Position numbers and translations under genes: made by a program
Shown: positions 25,509 through 32,000 of the stretch, piece by piece
How positions within the stretch are numbered: the stretch's first letter is position 1
Layout of the letters: each line of letters starts with the position of its first letter
DNA from: Planctomycetales bacterium
Lineage (GTDB): Bacteria > 4484-113 > JAFGCY01
Assembly: GCA_022646745.1 (NCBI GenBank)
Contig: CP060262.1
Span: 1,560,001 to 1,592,000, forward strand
Reading direction: 5' to 3'
Length of the DNA: 32,000 bases
Notes under the pieces: model-generated
Seen by the model: the letters and a program-made list of their open reading frames with translations, nothing else
The model's database searches: none
What the model was told of the DNA's origin: nothing

Positions 25509-26330
25509 ATTTTCATAGTTTCGGATCAACACCTCCATTCTCGTGTTGCCACGGCGTTTCTGGCGACTCAAGTTGCACGTTCGCACAAGATAGGAGTAGT
25601 TCCATTTCGGAAATGGATAGAGGATCTCCAGTAACGGGTGCGCAAAGTAGCTGACAGCTGCTTTTGACTGGCAGAGATTGAGGCACTTTGCCAGAGCCAG
25701 ATGATCATCCAGACGGAATTCTCCACCTTCGGCATAAACAGACTCTGTGCCCAGGTAGGGTGGGTCACAGTAGACTAGGGTGGATTGTGAATCATATCGA
25801 TAGATGATCCTCTCAAATCCATCACTCTCAATGACAACATTCATCAGCCGTTTTTACGCCATGGCTGCATCCAGTATCTTGCTTCGGTTTCTGAATGTCC
25901 GATTCTGATGCTTCCCGGTTCCGAAGCCACCACCAGTGATTCCTCCAAACGAATTGAGGTTGAGATACCAGCAGCGGGCGGCAAACTGAATGTCAGTCAT
26001 TACGCCGGGATAGCCATCCTTGAGCCAGCGGAGATCCTTCCTGTAAAGATCCCTTGAGATAGGCAGCTCGCTGATTTCACGAACCAGCTCGTGGTAGTGA
26101 TGCTTGATGCAAAGCATGAAGGTGACAAGTGCGCTGTCAATGTCGTTGTAGACCTCGACGTCTACAGGATCTCTGTTCAGCAGAAGTGCCGCACTGCCGC
26201 CAAAAGGCTCCACGTAAGTCTTGCACTCCACATCGATCAATGGCAGTATCCAGTTTGCCAATCTGGTTTTTCCGCCGACCCATACACAAGGTGTTCTCAC
26301 TTTCAATTCAAGTCCCTCCCGGATTGTCAA
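25506..26330 (-). pseudogene. Dam-like (D12 class) N6-adenine DNA methyltransferase interrupted by a single in-frame TAA
   Basis: ORF 25854..26330 carries the N-terminal half (VWVGGKTRL, SAM motif YVEPFGGSAALLL, NDID). ORF 25506..25844 carries the catalytic half (LVYCDPPY). The junction on the minus strand reads GAT GCA GCC ATG GCG TAA AAA CGG CTG ATG AAT GTT, i.e. D A A M A * K R L M N V, all in one frame. The N-terminal start is probably TTG 26306 (GGGAGGG 7 nt upstream) or GTG 26300, not the track start. Confidence 0.75.
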
Positions 26331-26433
26331 TGAATCTTAAGGTAATTGCCTATTATCCTTACATTGGACAACCTTCCAAGGGAGAGAGCTGTTAGCCTGC
26401 TACTTTAACAATCTTGTCAGCTTGTAGGCACTG

Positions 26434-27549
26434 TCACAGCCCATCCACTGCATCAAGCAAATGCTCCTTAATCTCCATGGCGCTGCCAGCGAGGTTCACG
26501 GTGGCGAAGCGCAGGTTGTGGCCCTGGATGCAGACGGTTTCGCAGTAGTGCGTGTCGATTGCCGGGTGCAGCAGCATCCCGGATGCCGCATCCGCAAGCA
26601 GGTCTCCTTGATTGATTTGAGAGAACAGGTAGGTGTACAGCTGGTAGATGTAGCCGCTTTTGAGCTTCTCCCGGCCAAACTGGTTGGCCTTCACGATTTC
26701 CGTGAACTTCGTGTCGATTACGATTCGCCTGTCAGAGCTGTGATGCTCAAGTACGATATCGGTCCTCATTTCAGGCATCAGCTCAGCAATGCGCCAGGTC
26801 TCTTCCGTTCTGTCCCAGGCCAGTTTGCGGCCGGTCACGACCTTCCAGCCTCCCGGAGTGAGCATCACGTCATAGAATCCAGCAACAGCCTGCTCAAACA
26901 ACTGGCGCAGCCACTTCTCCTCACGGTCCGGGCGCTCGAGCCTGCGTGGGCCTGCCGATTCTGCAGGAATTGCAAACTCAAGCATCAACCGTGCCGCTTC
27001 CAGCATCTTCTGGTCATGCCGGTCATTGAAGCCTGACCTGTCTGAATTCAGTTCAGCCGGAGTCGGCATCCTTCCGCTGACTCCCATCCGGCTCAGACCG
27101 TCGCACAGGTCTCGGCAGCGCCGGACCAGACTCTTGTCCTTGACAAGGTGGGAGGCGCGCTCCAGTGCAGCCATTACATAACGGTTGCGCGGGCTGTCCA
27201 CTGTCAACTCACTGAAATGGCAATGGATACTGCCCTGGCTGAGCAGTGATCGTCTCTCAGTCCTGAGCAGGTCTATCCGGCCACGTACACGCTGAACATC
27301 AGCACTGCGGGTGCTAAAGCTGTAATTCAGGCTGCGTCTCAGGCGGACCTCGACAATCCTCGCAAGGTACTCAGCGACGAGATCAGGAATCTGGTCCGGG
27401 TTATCTTCCACGCCTGCTTTGTTGAACTCCTGCTGATTGCGCAGGCGCGAGGCATACAGCATCAGAAGCCAGATGTTGCGCACGGGGATTCTGCCCACAA
27501 ATGCCTGGGCTGTCTCTGTTCCTTCGTGTGCCAACACCTGATCAGTCAT
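26434..27549 (-). CDS. mcrC: McrC-like nuclease subunit of a type IV (McrBC) restriction system
   Basis: 371-aa ORF starting 2 nt after the McrB-like stop (TAG GA ATG). The C-terminal PD-(D/E)xK-like motif (MRTDIVLEHHSSDRRIVIDTKFTE) matches the McrC pattern PD...D-x-K. Confidence 0.75.
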   Translation of the reverse strand: MTDQVLAHEGTETAQAFVGRIPVRNIWLLMLYASRLRNQQEFNKAGVEDNPDQIPDLVAEYLARIVEVRLRRSLNYSFSTRSADVQRVRGRIDLLRTERRSLLSQGSIHCHFSELTVDSPRNRYVMAALERASHLVKDKSLVRRCRDLCDGLSRMGVSGRMPTPAELNSDRSGFNDRHDQKMLEAARLMLEFAIPAESAGPRRLERPDREEKWLRQLFEQAVAGFYDVMLTPGGWKVVTGRKLAWDRTEETWRIAELMPEMRTDIVLEHHSSDRRIVIDTKFTEIVKANQFGREKLKSGYIYQLYTYLFSQINQGDLLADAASGMLLHPAIDTHYCETVCIQGHNLRFATVNLAGSAMEIKEHLLDAVDGL

Positions 27550-27551
27550 TC

Positions 27552-29801
27552 CTACAGATCCCTCAGCAGGTCCTGGCTGGCCTTGTCGACTGCTTCCGGA
27601 TTGTCATACCAGTACTCGCGCAGCAGAGGCATGATCTCCGTATTGACAACCTGCCGGAACCAGTTGACAGGGTCCTTGATCTCCTGGCCCCGGGCCGGCG
27701 TGAGGTAGCTGTGCCCTACACAGAACTGACTTCCGAGGGTTGGGCTACTTGAGATTGTGGAGTTCAGGTCAGCAAGCCTGCGTTCAAAATCGCGGCAAAG
27801 CGACGCAGACATTCCATACTGTTCGCCCATCCAGCTGCGCCATGCCTCACCAAGGCGTGGCTCCAGGTCCTGGAAGGCAAATCGCCTGCGTAAAGCGTAA
27901 TCCACAAGCGCCAGCGAGCGGTCGGCGATGTTCATCGTGCCAATGATGTACAGGTTGGCCGGCACATACATCGGCTTGTCGCCCTTGACTCCATAGCTCA
28001 GTTCAATCGCGGCGTCAGGTGTGCGCTTGTCAGCCTCAATCAGGGTCAGCAGCTCACCGAAGATCTGGGCGGGATGGCCCCGGTTGATTTCCTCAATTAC
28101 AAGTACATACTGATTTGAGGCATCCTGCAGTGCCTGGTTGGCAATCTCCAGAAATGGTCCGTCAACCAGCTCCAGTCTGCCATCTCCGGATGGACGCCAG
28201 CCGCGCACGAAATCCTCATATGACAGGTTCGGATGGAACTGTACGCTGCGGACCCGTGGCTTGGCTTTCTCTCCCATCAGGGCATACGCCAGGCGGCGTG
28301 CCAGCCAGGTCTTACCCGTTCCCGGAGGTCCCTGCAGTATCAGGTTGCGCTTGCTGCGTAGTCGATCCACAATTGCATCCACCTCATCATGTGACAGGAA
28401 ACAGCCGTCGTTGATGATGTCACGGGTGGAGTAAGGGTCGAAAGCCTGGACTGGAGATTCTGAGATCTCCTCAGATTCATGAATTACCTCTTCTGCCTCA
28501 GCAACTTCAAGGTCATCAAACCTGTCGCCACCGACAGCCTCGATATCCGCGAGATGTGACAACTCGGGGAATGAATGTGCTGGAAAGTCCACCTCCTGGA
28601 ATCGCTGTTCCAGAGAATCCTTAAGCGCCAGCAGATCTGCTGCTTCTGCAATTCTCTTGTAGTGGCTTCTGCCAATCTTCATTTTCAGACGTTTTTCAAT
28701 GAACGCACGAGAGGGGCCATCCAGCGTCGGGTACGTCCAGGGGCGAATCCAGAATAATCCAGTACTCAAACGCCAGCTAGCTCCACGCACGTCAAGGGCT
28801 GCGTCATATGCTTGGATGAAGTAGTCTTCGCTTGCCGTATCCTGCAAATCCGCGAACTCGATACCCGCTTCGAAGGCTGTCCAAAGCCTATCCATGTCAT
28901 CTGATTCGCGAAGATAGTGCCAACCGAAGAACCAGGAATTCTGATTGTTCAGTCGTGGAATTCCTCGGAACGAATTGATCCTTCCAACCTTGACCCCAAG
29001 AAAGGAAGCAATTCTTTCAAGGGACGCACGCCGGTTGTCTTCGGTAGTCTGCCGGTTGAAGATTCCCATGACAGTGAATGGGCAGATATCCTCCAATGGA
29101 AACGGCCGTCCCTTTGCGTCGCGATCTTCCATTGGAGTGAATGGATCAAGTTCCTCGTCCATTTCATGCAATGCCCTGACCAATTCACTTCTGTCATCCT
29201 TGAATTGCAGCAAGGCGTCAGCTATGCGTTCGTAAGCTTCCGTCCAGGGGAATAGGTCCTGTGCCGTGGACTTCCTGCCAAATCGCTCGGCCCAGAATGG
29301 ATCATTGCAGAACTTGTCATAGTCCTGCTCCCCTCCGGCGAATGCGAACTCGATGAGTGCCTTGCGCATCCAGTCGCTTGCCTCAACCTTCCAGATTGTC
29401 GTTCGGTTCGTGAAGAAGTACCATTCCCAGACAGGATCGACTTCCCACCACTCAACATTCAGGTGTCTGCCATCGAGAGAATTTCTTGTCACCTTGCCAA
29501 TGGCCTTGATTGCCATCGTGCTGACCGGGAGCCCCTTATTGTCAAAAGGTAGGTCCTTCTTGCGGATATAAGAGGACTTTATTGCGATCAGGTCGCCTGG
29601 CCTGACCGAGCGGACCAGGTCCAGGTACTTGTCTTCGTATCCGTTTTCCCAGATACCCTCGCTGATGAAGCGCTCGGTTTCGTCTCCAGCGCCAGTTGCA
29701 GCTCCTACAAACCAGCATGTATGTTTCAATGCATCTTCAACTGATAGCTTCAAGTGTTCTTCTCCAAAGCGAGGCTGCTCTGAGCAAACCCACCATCCCA
29801 A
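27552..29801 (-). CDS. mcrB: McrB-like AAA+ GTPase subunit with a long N-terminal extension (start uncertain: TTG 29801 or TTG 29753 with GGAG 8 nt upstream)
   Basis: Walker A LILQGPPGTGKT (codons verified at 28308..28334), Walker B VLVIEEINRG, McrB signature IIGTMNIADRS (E. coli MNTADRS), RRRFAF. About 455 residues precede the AAA+ core region. Confidence 0.85.
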   Translation of the reverse strand: MGWWVCSEQPRFGEEHLKLSVEDALKHTCWFVGAATGAGDETERFISEGIWENGYEDKYLDLVRSVRPGDLIAIKSSYIRKKDLPFDNKGLPVSTMAIKAIGKVTRNSLDGRHLNVEWWEVDPVWEWYFFTNRTTIWKVEASDWMRKALIEFAFAGGEQDYDKFCNDPFWAERFGRKSTAQDLFPWTEAYERIADALLQFKDDRSELVRALHEMDEELDPFTPMEDRDAKGRPFPLEDICPFTVMGIFNRQTTEDNRRASLERIASFLGVKVGRINSFRGIPRLNNQNSWFFGWHYLRESDDMDRLWTAFEAGIEFADLQDTASEDYFIQAYDAALDVRGASWRLSTGLFWIRPWTYPTLDGPSRAFIEKRLKMKIGRSHYKRIAEAADLLALKDSLEQRFQEVDFPAHSFPELSHLADIEAVGGDRFDDLEVAEAEEVIHESEEISESPVQAFDPYSTRDIINDGCFLSHDEVDAIVDRLRSKRNLILQGPPGTGKTWLARRLAYALMGEKAKPRVRSVQFHPNLSYEDFVRGWRPSGDGRLELVDGPFLEIANQALQDASNQYVLVIEEINRGHPAQIFGELLTLIEADKRTPDAAIELSYGVKGDKPMYVPANLYIIGTMNIADRSLALVDYALRRRFAFQDLEPRLGEAWRSWMGEQYGMSASLCRDFERRLADLNSTISSSPTLGSQFCVGHSYLTPARGQEIKDPVNWFRQVVNTEIMPLLREYWYDNPEAVDKASQDLLRDL

Positions 29802-30042
29802 TTCTAGCGCGCTGGATTTTTTAGGAACAATTGACCGAGTTACCTAGTTGCTTGTTTAGTGGATTGAGGTTTTGCCCTCCTCCCCCTCGCAATCTTCAGG
29901 TCGTACGGCAGCCTGATTATTCCCATAGGGGCTGCCACCTTTCTGGCACATTCTCTCTTCATTGACTGCGCAACTCCGTCTCAACTAGAATGATGGCTGT
30001 TCCGGCTCCGCCAGACTAACAGATAGATTTCCGGAGATTTCC

Positions 30043-32000
30043 ATGCAGTCCTTAAGCAGCATCAAAGGCGGCTTCCTGCGTTTCATTTCCATCCTTGCGA
30101 TGTCCATCACCGCGATTGCCTGCTACTCCTGTTCCGTGGGCAGGCAGCCTGTGGAGCAGGCATCATTCGGTCAGCTGCAGGGAGCGCAACCTGTGGATAT
30201 GCAGGCAGTCTGGCCGGATAGTATCCCGCAGGACCGCATGCAGCCCTGGGAAGAGCTTGGTGCTGACGGGTATGTGATCCCTGCGGGCAAGGGGACGAGT
30301 GCGATCAACCTTGAAAGCGAATTCATTCCCGGCGTGGAGCGCTTCAGCTCCAGTGGCGACGTGAATGACAACGGCGAGGCCAGCCGCATTGCGAGCCAGG
30401 CCGGCACGACGAGCCAGGCGATGTACCGCATCCCGCTGGGCGGCGGGCATCCGGGCGTTGTCAGCGTGGATGCCAACCTGCTGGCGGGCAAGGGCTACTA
30501 CCTCGGGCTGGCCAACTACGGCAGTGCCCGCTGGCAGTGGTATGGCCCCTTCACTGACAACCACGTGCGCATTTCGACAGCCCTGCAGGGCCCCTATACA
30601 TCCAGCCTCGGCAGCCTGTTCGTCAGTGTGCTCGTGCATGGCGGCGGTGCAGCTGATGTGGTGGGCATTGGCATCAATAATGAAGATGCGGCTGACACAA
30701 CAGCACCACCGCAGCCCAGCGGACTGGCCGTTACCCCGCTTGACGGCGGCCTGCTGCTGGACTGGGACCCTGTGATTGCCGGCGACCTGGCCGGCTACCG
30801 CATCTACCACAGTGATGGTATGTTCAGCAGTGGATCCGCAGCCGGAGTCAGCCATGTTGACAGCCTTGAAGGGCTGACGCAGCACCAGCTTTGGTCTGAC
30901 CCGGGCAGCCTGCGCTACATCCGCGTCAGCGCGATTGACATTTCCGGCTACGAATCCCCGCTGAGCGACATCGTCAGTGACTCCCCGCTGGATGGAAGCG
31001 CTCCGGCAATGGTGATCCTTGTTGACAAGCCCAGCGGCTCGCTTGCGGAGGGCATTGCCCTGACAGCCAGTGGTGCAGACAGCTATGACATTGATGTGGA
31101 CGGCGACGGTACGTACGACATCACCGGTGCTGCAACAGGCACCGCCCAGGTTGACACTTCCCGGCTCGGCATCATTCGCCCGCGTGTGCGGGGAACGGGC
31201 GTGGAAGGCACAGCAATTGCCCACGGCTCCGTCAGCCTGGTCATCTCCGGCAACAGCCGCCCTGTGGCGGTGGCCATCTCGGATGTGGCATCCGGAACAG
31301 CTCCGCTTGCGGTCACATTCAGCGGTACTGACAGCACGGACTTCGACGGCAGCATCGTCGGTGGCGGCTGGGACTTCGACGGCGACGGTACATACGAGGT
31401 CTGGGACGACACGGACATCGTGCATGTCACCTCGGCAATGCATACATACACGCAGCCTGGCACCTACAACGCCAAGCTGCGGGTTGTCGACGACAAGGGT
31501 GCCTGGGATGTGGACACGGTTACGGTGACTGTCTCTCCTCCAGCCGGCAACATCCCACCGGTGGCCATCCTGCGCGGTTCGCAGTTCACCGGTGATGACA
31601 AGATCGGCATTGAATTCAGCGCGATGGATTCCCACGACCCGGACGGCAGCATCCTTGACTACGAGTGGGACTTCGATGGTGACGGGATCTTCAACGAGCC
31701 CGGCGCAGAGGCTGACAACCGTGGTGAGGTGAATCCGTCGCAGCAGGCCTATTACGCCGGTCCCCCGGTGGCTGTCGGGCTGCGGGTGACTGACAACGAG
31801 GCTGCCACCAGTTCAACAAGCTTCACGGTGATAGTCCACGGCTGGTTTGTCCAGGCAGTGGATACGACAGACAATGTCGGCCGGTACACCTCCCTGGCGG
31901 TGGTCGACGGCAACCCGGCGATCAGCTATTTTGACGTGACGAACACTGAGCTTATGTATGTGCGGGCCGGCAATCCCCAGGGCAGTGCCTGGGGAACGCC
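30043..32000 (+). CDS. Secreted protein (possibly a lipoprotein) with the shared N-terminal module, an FN3-like domain and three PKD-like domains; partial, continues past the right edge
   Basis: Not in the ORF track because there is no stop. I translated frame 1 from ATG 30043 to the window end codon by codon and found no stop. N-terminus is MQSLSSIKGGFLRFISILAMSITAIACYSC, a signal peptide with an imperfect lipobox. FN3-like: PSGLAVTPLDGGLLLDWDP...YRIYHSD...IRVSAIDISGYESP. PKD signatures: TAPLAVTFSGTDSTDFDGSIVGGGWDFDGDGTYE...YTQPGTYNAKLRVVDDKG and FSAMDSHDPDGSILDYEWDFDGDG...VGLRVTDNEA. The antisense 490-aa ORF 30163..31635 is a shadow. Confidence 0.85.
   Translation, partial: MQSLSSIKGGFLRFISILAMSITAIACYSCSVGRQPVEQASFGQLQGAQPVDMQAVWPDSIPQDRMQPWEELGADGYVIPAGKGTSAINLESEFIPGVERFSSSGDVNDNGEASRIASQAGTTSQAMYRIPLGGGHPGVVSVDANLLAGKGYYLGLANYGSARWQWYGPFTDNHVRISTALQGPYTSSLGSLFVSVLVHGGGAADVVGIGINNEDAADTTAPPQPSGLAVTPLDGGLLLDWDPVIAGDLAGYRIYHSDGMFSSGSAAGVSHVDSLEGLTQHQLWSDPGSLRYIRVSAIDISGYESPLSDIVSDSPLDGSAPAMVILVDKPSGSLAEGIALTASGADSYDIDVDGDGTYDITGAATGTAQVDTSRLGIIRPRVRGTGVEGTAIAHGSVSLVISGNSRPVAVAISDVASGTAPLAVTFSGTDSTDFDGSIVGGGWDFDGDGTYEVWDDTDIVHVTSAMHTYTQPGTYNAKLRVVDDKGAWDVDTVTVTVSPPAGNIPPVAILRGSQFTGDDKIGIEFSAMDSHDPDGSILDYEWDFDGDGIFNEPGAEADNRGEVNPSQQAYYAGPPVAVGLRVTDNEAATSSTSFTVIVHGWFVQAVDTTDNVGRYTSLAVVDGNPAISYFDVTNTELMYVRAGNPQGSAWGT

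Larger units (their letters stand above)
25475..30042. other. Lower-GC genomic islet inserted next to tRNA-Glu (defence genes; no integrase in the window)
   Basis: Hand counts on 60-nt lines inside the islet: 47% (25561), 48% (26701), 57% (27301), 53% (28681), 45% (28921), 52% (29401). Flanking lines: 63% (23581), 68% (24601), 65% (31201). The left edge abuts the tRNA 3' end. Confidence 0.6.

Noticed and set aside
29802-30042. Direct repeat of the tRNA-Glu 3' end (attR) marking the right end of the islet, plus short inverted repeats (ATTCTAG/CTAGAAT, CTAGTTG/CAACTAG)
   Set aside because: Only 6-7-nt matches were found, which is expected by chance in an AT-richer 240-nt stretch. This is not enough to call att sites.
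30163-31635. 490-aa minus-strand ORF, plus similar long antisense ORFs (5560..6396 +, 10301..11185 +, 11738..12442 +, 16193..17119 +, 17666..18490 -, 19386..20771 -, 21267..22211 -, 23269..24120 +)
   Set aside because: Each lies fully antisense or out of frame to a gene with clear domain content. Their translations are Arg/Ala/Gly/His/Val-rich low-complexity strings typical of shadow ORFs in high-GC DNA, and none has recognisable motifs.

Overview
High-GC DNA (about 60-68% by my hand counts on single 60-nt lines) from a diderm bacterium. It encodes an LptD/OstA-type outer-membrane protein and many lipobox lipoproteins. I cannot name the taxon. Left half (1-17.9 kb, minus strand): five tandem paralogous genes for ~1,030-aa lipoproteins. 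Each has a shared N-terminal module, a carboxypeptidase-regulatory-like beta-sandwich and four stand-alone pre-peptidase C-terminal (PPC) type modules. I see no catalytic motif in the four complete copies. Paralog A runs off the left edge and is missing from the ORF track. Four copies sit downstream of three small co-oriented genes (98-aa protein, single-pass membrane protein, small lipoprotein). Middle (17.9-25.1 kb): a divergent promoter region, a membrane protein, a zinc-ribbon protein and a 1,100-aa LptD-like protein with a Pro/Glu-rich repeat extension. Next comes a long structured convergent intergenic region, then sucD without sucC and an NmrA-like NAD(P)-binding protein. Right part: tRNA-Lys(UUU) and tRNA-Glu(UUC), followed at once by a ~4.5-kb lower-GC islet (~47-57%). 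The islet holds a Dam-like N6-adenine methyltransferase broken by one in-frame TAA, plus an McrC/McrB type IV restriction pair whose McrB has a ~455-aa N-terminal extension. The window ends in a partial FN3/PKD secreted protein (also missing from the ORF track) that shares the N-terminal module of the five paralogs. The best candidate for an undescribed system is the multi-PPC lipoprotein array with its three upstream partners. The second candidate is the tRNA-linked McrBC and dead-methyltransferase islet. Most other long ORFs in the track are antisense shadow ORFs typical of high-GC DNA.
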